A stretch of DNA of 63,534 nucleotides, filler included, from Asterionella formosa (GCA_002256025.1; 8 parts of 8 records of this genome joined end to end with filler, not necessarily neighbours in it); one strand, 5' to 3'; shown: positions 36,991 to 50,538, counted from the whole stretch's first letter. The notes: generated by a model not told the origin, from the sequence alone. Translations and numbers: made by a program.

Positions 36991-39355
36991 TCTCTGTGTT
37001 TGCCCCCGCCCGTTTAGCAGCCATTCTACCATTGCTTCCTCTCAATCAATACTACTAGTATAGCTAATGAAAACTGTAATTAGATGAAATGTGACTTCCG
37101 GTTTCTAATATTTTACATTGTTGCACTACTGAAACTTGAATCTTGAATCCATAAATGGGCATTCAACTTGTGCTTGCTTCTTGCATTTTTGCAGTATAGA
37201 CTGGCTGGTGGGCGATAGGCCAAGCAAAGTGTCTCGCTTTTCATGAACATCTACAAGGTACTAGTGCTTTTGTCGAGGTTTGTGTCTAAATCCAACTGCT
37301 GCCATCCATTGAAATATTCCAGATACATCAAAGAATACGCTCCTGTCTTCAAAGGTAAGGAACTAGTACGATGACAAAGAAAATCTAATGAGACATGAAA
37401 ATTACGAAACCAGAATCACTCTGTTACTATAAATAGACGGCACAGTCTAATGCTTCTTTGTGCATATCGCCTGCTATGCTGCGTTTCAATTCTAGAGGTA
37501 TTACGTTCTTGTTAGAGAGACGATGTTATGGAGAAGTAGATTGTGCTGTTCTATAATGGATGTTGTTTAGCTATGATTGAGGTTGTAACACTGATTGATG
37601 CTCTGGTGACAGACCGGCCGGAAATATTCGTCTTGTGTGATGAGCCATTTCGTTTTCATTGGATTTCTTTTCAAGCTCTTAACGGATTTCATAGTACGAA
37701 CATACTGTGCAATGTAGATGATGATTCATCGAAGACGCATGATGACTTGAACGACAAATGAAGATTTTATCACAAACATTTGTTCCTCTCAACAAGGCTG
37801 GTTTGTCGTTGTTGCAAGAATCAGAGTGAGGACTGGCGAAGATGATGAGCCAAACCACATTACTCTAACTGGTACATTATCCTACCAAGAAATTTAAATA
37901 AAGGAACCTAAAAGAAACAATACATATAATAATTAAATTTCCATACATCTAAGCCGCGTATTACGTGAAGTGACCATCACGTAAATAAGCCTAGTTGATT
38001 TTGAATGGATCACATGAATTAGTTGAATACATCAAAATGCTTACTTGAATATATCTATATATTATCTGAATACANNNNNNNNNNNNNNNNNNNNNNNNNN
38101 NNNNNNNNNNNNNNNNNNTTAATTAATTAANNNNNNNNNNNNNNNNNNNNNNNNNNNNNNNNNNNNNNNNNNNNACATACTAGTGCCTACGAGGACAAAA
38201 AGAATTATGGCACGTTACTTTGTCTATGACAAGAAAATTATTGGGTGTTTGGTTCCACCTCGAGAAAAATGTACAGGGGGGTCCAGCAACCATAGGGGGG
38301 GTCCAGGACAATGAAGTATACGGTACCTGGTAGTATGAACCGACGAGGCAATAGTTAGCATGCATCTCATCGACCTTCATTCCAATCGGCTGAACTACCG
38401 TACCTACCGGTATACAATTTGAGTTCTCATCCGTTTTGAAGTTAGCTGTGTGAGCCGCGTTGCCCGGTCTTTTGCGTTCTTTCTAGCTGAAAAATATAAA
38501 TTTGAAAAACAGCCAGGTACCTACCGGTATACACCTTTTATTAATATATATCCCGGTATATATGTTCTTTTGATCACATGCGCGACACGAATGGCGATTA
38601 TGTTCGGAAACACAGCTACCAGTAACTCCGATTGTAGCTGTAAACAACAAGAGCAACAGTTATGCCATTCTCTCGCAATTAACGCCTATGCGTTTGATCG
38701 CGATGAGTGTCAGGATAAAAGCCTGGACGACCCCCTCCTGCCGATTCCGATCTGGGGAGTTCTGCAACTCCGTATGGGTATATAATAAGGGAGCAGGAAG
38801 GGCCTCCAGTTGTACCCGCTCTACAACTCTGGAATACCGGACTGTGAAAAATAGCGAGACTACGGTACCAGGTACCAGGTACTTGCTTCATAGTAGGGAC
38901 CCAAAACTACCAGGTACTACCTGGTGGAGTAACCTGACACCTGAATCTTGTGGATATCTCCTCACATTGCATTCAAGGACACAGAAAAAGCGCGATGATA
39001 AACAGATGGTTTACGAATCAAAGGTTGCAATGACCTACAAACCGTGCAGGCAGTGAAGTGAAAGAAAGACGGGTTGTTATTGGTAGGCAAGGACAAAAGA
39101 CTTTTTCAAATTGAAAGCATCACGAATTTCCGGAACCAAGGATTCAAAATATGGATTCCATCACCATACAAAAAAAATGCTATTTTTAATGCCTAGTGGT
39201 ACTGAAGGGTAAAATCAGTTAGGCAAATATTGAAGCTGATTACTTGGTTGCTAGAAGCCAAAACAACTGTGTTTCCTATTTTCAATTAAGGGAGGATTCA
39301 ATCCCCTTTGTTACGTTGACACAGAAGTTAACCCATTCATGAATTTTTTCTACCC

Positions 39356-40303
39356 TCACTTAATATTTGACCATTTTCTCCAAGGAGCGATAATCTTCTT
39401 TAACACTCGCAGAATCTTTTTAAGAATACCTTTCTTCTTGGTACCAACAAAAGTAGTCTCGTCGGAAGTAGCCATGACAGCCTCTTCTTCCTCTTTTTCT
39501 CCTTCATCTTTCTTCAACGACGCTTTGAGTCGTTCTTCTTTCAATCTCTGACCTTCTCTTGTGCTAGCAATTTCTTTTTTCAACTTATTAAGGTCCATGA
39601 CAGTTGCGGGAGCAGGTATAGAAACCACAGGTGCTGGTGCGGTGGCTGTAACAGGCTTGACAACCGGCGGAGGGGGTGGAATAGGTTTGAGAACAACGGC
39701 AGGTGCTGAAATAGGCTTGACAACTACAGCTGGTGCCGGTGGAGGGGGTGGAATCGACTTCACAACTACAGCAGGTGCTGGCGCAGGAGCTGGAATAGGT
39801 TTGACAACTACAGCAGGAGCAGGAGCTGGAATAGGTTTGACAACTACAGCAGGAGCAGGAGCTGGAATAGGTTTGACAACTACAGCAGGAACTGGAACAG
39901 GCTTGACAACTACAGCAGGTGCCGGCGGAGGGGGTGGGATAAGCTTGGCAACAACAGCTGGTGCTTGAATAGGCTTGACAACCGCGGCAGGTTCTGGAAT
40001 GGGGGCGGGAGCAGGGACTGGACCTGGTAGGATTTCTTCGTCATATTGTCCTGCATTCTTGACTGTCACAGCTATAGCAGCAATAAGTATCATACAGGGT
40101 AAAATCACATCGAAGCTAAATGCTTCCATCGCGGCGGGTCTTGAAAAGTCTCGCGTGCTCCTTGCAATCCGTACCCCGTGGCAATCGGAAGGCATGAAGA
40201 AAGCATTATTTTTCGACTTGAAGGCACTCTTTTGGAAAATAGGCGAGAAGGCCTCTGCTGAGGTCAACAAGCACGCCAACGCAATGGCCAGGAACTTCGT
40301 CAT
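39356..40303 (-). CDS. Plastid-targeted single-TM protein with (PAPAVVVKPI)n repeat linker and basic amphipathic C-terminus
   Basis: ATG 40303: MTKFLAIALACLLTSAEA-FSP (signal peptide plus ASAFAP-type motif). TM VILPCMILIAAIAVTV, about ten Pro/Ala/Val/Lys repeats, and C-terminal KKGILKKILRVLKKIIAPWRKW. Confidence 0.75.
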   Translation of the reverse strand: MTKFLAIALACLLTSAEAFSPIFQKSAFKSKNNAFFMPSDCHGVRIARSTRDFSRPAAMEAFSFDVILPCMILIAAIAVTVKNAGQYDEEILPGPVPAPAPIPEPAAVVKPIQAPAVVAKLIPPPPPAPAVVVKPVPVPAVVVKPIPAPAPAVVVKPIPAPAPAVVVKPIPAPAPAPAVVVKSIPPPPPAPAVVVKPISAPAVVLKPIPPPPPVVKPVTATAPAPVVSIPAPATVMDLNKLKKEIASTREGQRLKEERLKASLKKDEGEKEEEEAVMATSDETTFVGTKKKGILKKILRVLKKIIAPWRKWSNIK

Positions 40304-40899
40304 GTTGCTGGAACGGTCTCGGGAGGTGAAATTCAGGGCAATGCCAATCATACCTATGTAATGACTCTTTCCAACAATGCTGCCTTGAAGTTTTGAAGAT
40401 CGGCTGATGGTCCGCCATGATTTTTTTTAAACACCCGGACTAGTATGATTAAGTTGGCGGGAACCGTTTGTCATGCTGTCGTTTTCTTCGGGCGCGCGGT
40501 GATGGCTGGGGGTGACGTTTTTTGGTTTTTTTGTTGTATCATCATGACATATTTTGCCACATCCATACAATATACTAACAATGATGGACTACCTGGTACC
40601 AGGGTACAGAACTGGGATACAGGTATTGTTTTAATTTTAATATAATATATTACCGGGAGGAAGGTTTTTACATACGTACATGGCAGAGTCAAGTCTTCAT
40701 GACTACGGTATCGTACCTGGTTCCAGGTACCGGTACAAGGTAGCGACTCTCGTCATCCCTCCGACATATGCTGGTAGTATACCTTGTACCGTGAGTAAAT
40801 TATTAACCGAGACGAAAAGGACACAATATATCTCATTCTCACCTGGATATCGGTACCGGTAGTCGCATTGGAACAACAGTAGTGGCGATCGAGATAACC

Positions 40900-42510
40900 A
40901 TGGAAAATATCGCATTACCAGCCGCCGTCACGAGGGTTTTGGACTCGACCCTCGCGTACATCTATTCCCTCGAAGTTTATGTCGCTCCCACTGTTGTCCT
41001 TGGTACGAAGCCCATGTCACTGTGACTATCCGGATACTCGTTTGCATTCAATTTGTATTGCGTTACTAAACTCCTGTGCCTCTCCCCTGGTAAAGTTCCT
41101 AGCTTCTTGAGAGTTGCAGTGGCACAGCTCTCCGAAGCCATCGGTTTTGACGTTGAGACTCTGACTTACACTCTAGCATTATTCTTATGTTACCCACTTG
41201 GGCTCATCATGTTGAATCTTCCCAATGGTCAAATCCGCCACCTCTTTTCATTTCTCCTTGGCGCCTTCTTGATGCAGTTTGCTGTTGGGGTGCAGTGGAT
41301 CCATCAGCTCATCACATCATTAGTCGTTTACGCCATGTTCATGTTCTTGCCCCGCAAGGTCAACAAATGGTTAGTCCCTGCCTTTGTCATGATTTACTGT
41401 GTCTTGGGGCACCTCCACCGCCAATACGTCAATTATCTTGGATGGGATTTGGATTTCACTGGCACTCAGATGGTTTTGACGCAGAAGCTTTACATGATGG
41501 CTTACAACCTGTACGATGGCGAGGTCATTGCCAAAGGAAAGAAAGATCGGGCATCAGAGAAGTGCTCCTCGTTTGCTTTGAAGGAGCTCCCTAGTCTCTT
41601 GGAATATCTTGGTTACGCATTCTGCTTTTCCACAGTTCTCTCTGGACCTGCTTCCGAGTTTGTCACGTACCGTAACACTTGTGATGGATCTCTCATGTAT
41701 GATAAAAACGGAAAGCCCAAGGGAAAGATTCCCAGCAACTTCATGCCCACTCTCAAGCCGTTCTTGGTCAGTATTGCCAATCTTATTGTCTTTGTTGGCC
41801 TGGGCGCATACTTTCCTCTGTTGAATGTGTTCAATCCTCAAACAGGCACTCCGGTTGTTTTGACTGCTGAATTTTTGTCAAAGCCTTGGTTCTACCGCTA
41901 TGCTTACACATGGGTCGGCCTGATTGTGGTCCGACAAAAGTACTATTTTGCATGGATGAACTCGGAGGGTGCCAACAACATCTGGTATGCCGGATTCGAA
42001 GGATTTGATGAAAAGGGGGAAGCCATTGGTTGGGAGAATTCAAGCAACGTTGATATCTGGAAATTCGAGACTGCCGAGAACGTGCAAACTCTTTCCAAGG
42101 AATGGAACAAGAAGACCTCGTTGTGGTTAACTCGTTATGTGTACTACCGCACCAATGGAAGTCTTGTTTCCGTCTACAGCACGAGCGCGTTCTGGCATGG
42201 GTTCTACCCTGGTTATTATATGTTCTTCTTGTCGGTCCCTCTCATGACCTTTGCCGAACGTATCATTAAAAAGAAGATTTCCCCTTACTTCTCCCCGAAA
42301 AAGTGGACCCCCTATGGTATCTTTGGTATCATCATGACTTCCGTCTGTGTTGAATATTTCGTTATTCCCTTTGTCATGTTGGCCCGCGACCGTTCTTGGG
42401 ATGCCTGGAAGTCGCATTACTTCTTCGGACATATTGCTTGTCTTGCTGTTTGCTTGGTCCTGTCTCAATTCCCTACTCCCAAAGCTGAGGATAAAAAGAA
42501 GACAAATTAA
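40900..42510 (+). CDS. LPCAT: MBOAT-family lysophospholipid acyltransferase (LPCAT/ALE1-like), exons 40900-41002 and 41096-42510
   Basis: DFTGTQMVLTQKL, PSLLEYLGY, WNKKTSLWL and SAFWHGFYPGYY motifs. C-terminal KKKTN resembles an ER-retrieval signal. The phase-1 intron GTACG...AAG restores an ATG start. Confidence 0.9.
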
Positions 42511-43060
42511 AATTTTCAAAAGTCAATTAATTATAGTTTCGATAAAGAAACAAGCACAAGTGCTTTGAGTCTATTACATCCCTAGGAACTTTAGTCTCCA
42601 TGAGCTGTTGGTGCTGACGCCACAACTATGTATTTAGGCTATTTCGGGCACCAATCAACTGCATCTATGTAATTGTCCATTCCACTAGATTCTCATCAAA
42701 CTCAAGGAATGCATTCCATGCGTTGTCCGTGTCAAAAGTAACGCAGTCATCATACTTTGCTTTTGTTCCCATTTCAACAAACGATCTACCAAGAATCCTT
42801 GTCGTGTCAACATTCCCTAAACGTGGCTAGTTGTGGTTCCCCGCTGTAGCTATCTTAGAATGGATAATACTAAAGAAGTACTACCTGGTGCTAACGATAC
42901 CTCCACCAAAATCTCAGAATATTTGCAGAAAACCTCACATTTAATCGTTTCCTTGGCTTCGTTGAGGTGAATGCACCAAACATACAGTTGGCACGATCTC
43001 ATACACACGACGACTAGATCAAGTCGCGTAAAATCAGCTGGCACCTGTATGATCCCATCA

Positions 43061-45346
43061 CTAATCTGCGAACTGCAATGCGTCCTCGTAAGGGACTGGA
43101 TCCTCCTTGGAATCTGTTGTCATCCACACGACAGCGTTTGCCACCGCACGTAATCTATGCCGTCGCTCCCGAATAGTCTTCAATGCTCCCGTCAGCTCTA
43201 TTTGTGAAACTGACATCTCATCCATATGAATCCAAGAGCTTCGCAACGCATCCTGGGCGGTTAGCCGTTGCGAGGGGTCCACTACTAGTAACTCTGCTAC
43301 TAGGGCCTTGGCTTCCATCGATATATTCATCCAATCGACCTCAACGAATTCAAAGCTTCCGGTACGAATGTTTTGAAAGAGTTCTTGTTGGTTCTTGCCC
43401 ATGAATGGTGGGTATCCAACGAGGAGCACATATATAATGACTCCCACAGACCACATGTCCACTGATTGATCGTGCGGAATATTCTTCAAAATTTCCGGTG
43501 CCACGTAGGAGGGTGTGCCGCATCGTGTGGTAAGAGATTGAGGAGTATGAACGCGATGAGCAAAGCCGAAATCAGCTACTTTTATGTCTGCATCATCATC
43601 TTTGTTCTTTAATTTGAGAAGAAATATTCATTAGATATAACCATCACCCGATAGTTCATGCTGAGACAAACGAAGACACAACTTACCGGAAGTAACAGAT
43701 TCTGTGGTTTCAAATCTCGGTGAGCTATTCCTCTGCTATGCATAAATCGAACCGCCTTGAGTAACACAATAGCAAGGTCCCTCGCATCCTTTTCAGTATA
43801 GCAGGACTTTTCCATAATCTTATCAAACACATCTCCACCTTGCATGTGCTCCATCACCAAAAAGAAATAATCTTTTTCTTCATAGAAGTCCACCAGTTGC
43901 ACAATACTTTCAAACACTAATGACTGCAAAATTGCAACTTCGTTCATGACAGCTTCATCATCACTAGGTTTTAACCCCTCGCGTTTGATAATCTTGACTG
44001 CGAAGACTTCATTGGTATCCTTGTGCACGCACTCCCACACGGTAGCGAGGGCTCCCTTGGTAATCTCTGTCTTTGTTTCGTAAAAATCATGAAATCTAAT
44101 CGGCACCACCGCCATCTGGACCGCAACTTCGTTACCCTCCGGATGCGAAATGGTCACAGGAAATTCCGGGGTTGGGTTCTGTTGAGAAAACGTGGCAGTC
44201 TCTGAGTGGAAAAAGGATGCATTTGTGATCCAATTAATGGCGTGCATGGCTGACTTCAGTTTGCGTTTTGCATTGAAATTCTTAATTTCTGACAAGGTAT
44301 GTGATAAGTCTCTATTCCTTAAGACTTCGTCTTTGGTATGGAACCACTTGCACTCAAGCGCCTCTTCTGCCGTCATGCGAGTTGTGGGATTGACAACAAG
44401 CAAATTGGCAATGACCTGCTTAACTTCCACAGACACGTGTTCCCAATACATATTGTGAAAGACATAATCTGCAGCACGAATTTTGCGAAAGAGCCCATAT
44501 TGGTCGCTGTCTTGAAATGGAGGGTACCCGCCGAGCAAAAGAAAGAGACAAACTCCGACGGACCACATGTCGGCCGATTGGTTGTACCTCGAACCTATTA
44601 CTACCTCGGGAGCGACAAAGGCGGGTGTTCCACATCTCGTTTGGAAGCCTCCTTTGGGAATTCGTTTCGCAAAACCAAAATCAGCCACCATGACTTGTGT
44701 ATCATCAGACGTGTCTTGGAGCAGTAGATTCTCAAGCTTAAGATCACGATGAGAGAACCTTAGCTTGTGAATGTCTCTAATGGTCTGAATAAAGCGTTGA
44801 CATAATTCCTTCGCATCCTTTTCTGTGTAGACAGCACGCCCAGCCAACCGGTCAAAGACATCTCCACCTCGGGCATACACTTGAACGACATAAAATGTTC
44901 GCGGCCGTACGAAAAAGTCAATCAATCGAATAACTCCAGGAATGTGAATGAGTTCTCGAAGTACGGAGACTTCTCGGAATACAGCGTCGTCTTCCTCTTT
45001 CTTCTTCATTTTGCTATGTAGTTTGCGACAAGAAAGAGGATGAGGGGACGCAATTTGGCGGATCGTCGAGAACTTCAGTGAGGAAGTAAATGATGGGCAT
45101 AGACAATAGCGGCTTCGTCTCAGCACTGGAGCACATCATCTCATGCATCAGGAAAACTTACGTTCTGTCAATCACCTTTACTGCATAGTCTCCATGAGTC
45201 GCAATATGTGTTGTTGTGTAGACGGTGCCATAACTTCCGCTGCGCAATCGCTTTTCCAACTTATATATGTCCTCAAAGTTGAGCTCAAGGGACGACGTCC
45301 CTCTCAGAGTAGCACCTGGTAGCGGCACGGCGAAAGCATTACTCAT
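43061..45346 (-). CDS. Tandem two-domain CaMK-like Ser/Thr kinase, exons 45346-45162, 45013-43687, 43606-43061
   Basis: Domain 1: GSYGTV, AVK, HRDLKLEN, DFG, APE. Domain 2: KGALATV, AVK, HRDLKPQN, DFG, APE. Canonical GTAAG...AG introns join the ORF-track pieces. Confidence 0.9.
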
Positions 45347-46397
45347 GGTCAATGGAGGGGAACTTCAGTGCAATCGAAGGGCTAAGATATGTTTATAGAG
45401 GTCAGAAAATGGAACAAACCTCACTCTTTTGCTTTTATGGATTTCGTTCAGAGATATCAGAAAATGGAACGAAGCAATCTTTGTCTTATCGGTACCTGGT
45501 ACCTGGTACGATGCTTTTAGTCATGGCTGAATACCGGTACCGGTATTCAACAACACAAAAAAACCCGAGCAACAATGTTTGAGTCAAGTCTTATTTAGTA
45601 CCAGCAGGTAGGCAACCGTCTACAAAGGGTACCTGGTACCGTACGCTATGTATGCCAGTAGGCAGACCCTGGCGGTCCCCTTTGTAAACTGGTGCAGTAC
45701 GTAGTACCCTTGCCAAGGACTGTGCGCGAGGGCCGGAAAAGGATGGTTCATTTGTTGAGTTTGCCTCAAGCACAGGTAATAAGTCTACGATTAGGTCTAG
45801 TAGGTACAAAAAAGATACCAATTCCAGTGTTAAATTCTTCTGCAGTCTGACTGCAATGCTAGCTCTTTCTAGACAAGCTCAGTGTATTAAAAGCCTTCTG
45901 TTCTAATCCCACCTTATTGTGAGCTTATTTGATCTATCTTGTAATCGTTCACATGACCAACAATTAAGGTTCTCTTCCCAAATTTGTGTATAGATATTCA
46001 TTGTGTTGTTAGACATACAATTCTCAACTGACAACTCAACTCCACTCACTTAGTACAACAATCGTGAATATTCAATGCTATCTGCATTGCATATATACCT
46101 TTCCTTCATTGAAATATTGATTACTAAGAACATTCTCCATTCGAATATTTACCTTGGTTTGCTGATATAGTTCTTGGCAATCAATGCTGTTCAAATTCTC
46201 ACAGCATTTCAAAAAGACACGCCCGAGGGTAGAGACTGCCTGCAAGTATTCTTGTGTTCGAGACTTGGGAGGCGCAAGTAGGTTGACAGAACAAGTGGCG
46301 CTCCCAGCGCTGCGAGAAGGTCAACCTGCAAAGGCCTACCAAGCCAAGTACTCAAGATTACAAGTAGGCAGACTCCTCCCGAGTAGGGTCTTAACTA

Positions 46398-48573
46398 GGC
46401 AATTCACAAACTAGCTATCGGCGCGCTTTTCGCCACTACATTTCCCTTTCTGTTAACATTGAAAACCTATTTTATTTAGTTTGTATGTTTGATGCGAATC
46501 AGCCAATTGCCCTTCATATAAAACATATATTGGATATTTCATATGTACAGCAGTTTTTGGATTACTCAATCCTGCAATTGCCCATCAAATTAAACATATT
46601 CTGGATATTTCATATGCTCCGTTTTTGGGTTGCTGCCAAACTACCTTCAATATTTTCAATACAGTAGCCCCTGGATTTTATTGCCAAAATGGACTGCCAT
46701 TTATTTAAGGGAAATGGATTGTTATTGACATCTATTGCCCCCTATTGACTGCCGTTAACTTCAGGAAAATGGACTGCCAAAATTGGAAGGGAGTAGGATG
46801 AGCTACATGAACGCACAAAATGATGATTTTCTGTAAATTTTCGACGGCAATTTCACTCTTTAGCTACATCCCTGCTATCTTCCAGCATGCTCCAAGGTAT
46901 AAAAACTCTGTTCATTGATGTCTCAAAAAACGACTCTTCATCAAATGAATCTGGCTGGTTGTTGCATGGTTGGACTTCTGGTGACACTTGCTTCATTATG
47001 GTGGTGCCAAATTCGGTATTTTCATCAGACATGATTGCTCAGCCATAAAATTTTAGTAATAATGCTTTGGGTATATTTTCTACGTGTTCTTCAGTATCTC
47101 AAATCAGATCTCTGCAGCAAGTTTTAGTGCACAATTGTTGGCTTTTCCGCTATTCTAAACCAGCATTGTATCTTTGGGTTATCTAATCACAATTATCTTT
47201 ACTTCATTATCGTAAATCGACAATGACAACATGAACCAGAAGCCACTTCTGTTAACCTAAAAGAGCTATCAGCTTGAGGTGAGAAAAAACACCCAAGTGG
47301 ACAAGAGGAATCATGAAACTGCGCCTGTTGTCTTGGTTGGTTCATTAGGATATGTTGTGTTGATTGTTGTTTGGTCGCTTCCATGCGAATCACAGTAATG
47401 CCAATAATCAAACTGTATTGTTTTCCACATAAAACATCTCGACATGTATATCTTTCTCACAATCCAAATATCCAAGGAGCCAGCATCGCATTTGATCCTT
47501 CCAGCTATAGCTGCAATGTTCCTAATGTCTCAAAACGATTCACAAGCAGTGGAAAGTTTTATTGATAGTTGAGTAGCTTGCTTCTGTTCATTCTTCTCTG
47601 AAACTCAATACCTTTTGTAATTTACTACTGTTCACATTGTCGAACAAGAATCGCCAGTCGGATTTATTATTTCCACCACCCAAAGGAGCAACTGAATGAT
47701 TTATAAAAAATGGAATCATTAGGAGCTAAATCATTCATGCCAACAACATGACATTCAATGTACTACCATGCTCCAATGCCACACCACACCCACCGCAATT
47801 GACAAGGCAGGTTGATTGTCATTGGCCATACTTGAATTTCTTCTGAGTGAAACCCCCATCAATGCACAAAATCACACTTTCCACCATGATGTTAATCTTG
47901 ATCCCATTCCTTGAAAATCCAGCCATTCGGGCGGGTCATCTTTCTCCTTCTCCTACAATATAGTAACATCACACTGAACCGACGCCGCAAAAATTTACAA
48001 TCATGCCGGTGCTGCTTGCTTCCTCCACAACCACCACAAGTCACAATCTCCCGAGACGCTTTAACTGTTGGTGTCGGCTTCTCCAGGCCTGATTGAATAT
48101 TTCATTTATTTGCTTCGACGACACGAAAGAAGTGTAAGTTGGCGATTGTTGATGAACATGCATTGACAATTTTTCAAACGAATTTTCCACTAACTCAATT
48201 TCTTTTTCACTATTTATTCTACTCCCTGATTGTCATTGTTGCTTCATACCTTTTGATTTCCGTTTCATGCTTTGGTTGCTTAAAAAATCATCTCGAATTT
48301 TTCGATCCTTGTTACAATCATTCTTGTGTCACTGTACTTCATGCATATTTGGTCAGGGCTCCATCCATTTTTGATGTGGCTGCTTTCGGATGAAAATTCT
48401 ACTCCTGACGTTGCTCGATGGTCCCTGATGCTCAAACCTAAAATGGACTGCCGAAAAATCCACTGTGCCCCATATTGCCCCTAAATAGAAAAATTACTTA
48501 AAGATACCAAAAACTACTTAGACACCCATAGTTCTCATCGAAAAGCTGGACGATAGCTAGGGTGGGGATTGCC
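46398..48573. mobile_element. 2.2-kb decayed TIR element (GGCAAT...ATTGCC) with AAAATGGACTGCC subterminal repeats
   Basis: Left GGCAATtcacaaaCTAGCTATCGgcgcGCTTTTCG matches the reverse complement of the right end. The repeat motif occurs at about 46686, 46766 and 48440. No clear TSD. Confidence 0.7.
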
Positions 48574-48918
48574 ATTGAAAAACCCGGTTAGTTTTGCTCA
48601 CTGTAAGTACTACATATGGCAAAATATAATTGGCAGAGGGGTGTAGGTACCAATACATATACTATGCACAATGTGCATACTGGTGCCAGACAACTTGAGA
48701 AATTTAGCTATGTTTTCTTTATAATAAAAACCGTCTTCTCAGCAACTCCCATACCGGCCTTATGCATGTCAATGTACAAGGAGTTCGTCATAGTAATCTT
48801 CCGTTACCAGTAGTGGTCCTTGCTGATACGAACGCCTTATTATTTTTATCATCGCTGTGTATGATAGCAGGGTGCGGTACATCCTATCGAACACCACACA
48901 AAGGCTCGCAAGACGAAG

Positions 48919-49868
48919 ATGCAGGCAATGCGAGCGGCCTCTTCAATGGGTCGTCGACTCAGTCGGGCGACCATGCCCTCTCGAACTGCACTTCCCGTCC
49001 CTTTCATTCGGCAAATGGCGACAGTGACTGGAGGGAACGCTCTTACGGAGCTTGCAATTCAACGTCCGCACATGGATGCCGTTCGATATGAGCACAAGAA
49101 TGTAAAGTGGACATTCCGTGATGTCAACTACTATGCCGATTCTTTGGCATGTGGTTTGCTCGATATGGATCTACAACCCGGCGACAAAATATTGTCATGG
49201 TTGCCCTCTCATTTGGCAGAACTGGTGAGGTTACTTCGGAAGATTATATACTAAATATATCGCTCATGTGTTCGTTCGGCTCACTTTCGTTTCTTGTTTT
49301 CTCGTTCATTGAATTACAGCATATTCTACAGTTTGCTTGCTCCAAATCAGGATTGATCCTTTACACTTTGGATCCTTATCAAGCTGTTGCGGATAAAGAA
49401 GGGGCTGTTGCTTCCCTGGCCAAGGCCTTGGAAATTACCGAAGCTAACGTGTTGATTCAACTGGAAGCTGGTATGGATACCAACTTTATCACCCTCCTGG
49501 ATCAGATTGTTCCTGAAATCGGTATCTTTGACTTTGCAGAAGGTATTCCATTCTTAACACCTCGATTCCCTCACTTGCGATTGTGTGTCCATACCGGGTT
49601 TTCTGATGAAGACACTCCCGGTATGTTCCCGTACAAACACATGTTGATTGATTCTAATGACACAGCAAAGCGTTTAGAAGCCAAGGGTTTTACTCTTACT
49701 GCAAACAGCCCTTTGCTCGGAGAATTGAAAACTGGCACTGATGGTCTTCCAACCCTTGGCAAACTCATGTCGAACGAAGAAGTTCAGAAATCCGGAGTTT
49801 GGCCAGAATACAACTCCATACTGGCCAAGCAATATTTAGAGGTTCCTGGTATTGGGGTTATTTTTTAA
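48919..49868 (+). CDS. Mitochondrion-targeted truncated AMP-binding (acyl-CoA synthetase-like) protein, exons 48919-49224 and 49320-49868
   Basis: Arg/Ser/Ala-rich presequence, then WTFRDVNYYADSLACGLLDMDLQPGDKI...LQFACSKSG, typical of the ANL N-terminal subdomain. Phase-0 intron GTGAG...CAG; about 284 aa. Confidence 0.8.
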
Positions 49869-50471
49869 TCACAGCAGTTCTGTTAATGACAAAGAGCTAC
49901 GTAGCTCCAAAGTTATGTTTCCATCTGGAAAAACTACAAAATAGAATCTTCTGTTCAGTATTAGATTATGATTTTTACTCATGCTGCAGGCATGTGGATC
50001 TCAGATTGTCATGGTCTAGCTCTGAAAGTGATTTTTTGGCCATCTTCCTAGCTATGTTAAGAGACTGGCAGCATTACTTTGGAGATATAATGATAAAATG
50101 ATTCAGTCAGGGCAATAATGTGTTGGCAGAAGAGAGGTGAGGAGAGAAAAAGAATTGTGTGTTGAATTATGTAGTTAAGAGTAATAGGAGTTGATTCTGA
50201 CCAGATCTTGGTTGTACAGCAGGTGGAGGAAATACTTGAAGGTAGGTTTTGTGACAATGACAAGAACAACATACCGCAATGTTCATGCATATTTTATGAA
50301 CATTTATTGAAATTTTATAGTACGTTAAAGCTATCCAATAATCACACTCGTGCCCACTTGAATGGACAAAATTAGTACTGGTTTTATTGTCCATAAGGTA
50401 AAATGGAACCTGTCTCTTCATGAGCCTCACCCCAGTCATGGAACCCATGGATTACATAAAAGAAAGACAGG

Positions 50472-50538
50472 TGGAGAATGCAGGAGTCGAACCCGCCACC
50501 TCATGAGGTGTGTGTGCTTACCAATTAAGCCATTCCCC
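50472..50538 (-). pseudogene. tRNA-derived sequence (possible Met/CAT pseudogene or SINE head)
   Basis: GGGGAAT/ATTCTCC acceptor stem, GCTT-AATTGGT-AAGC D arm and GCGGG-TTCGACT-CCTGC T arm. The anticodon arm is shortened (67 nt total). Confidence 0.65.
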
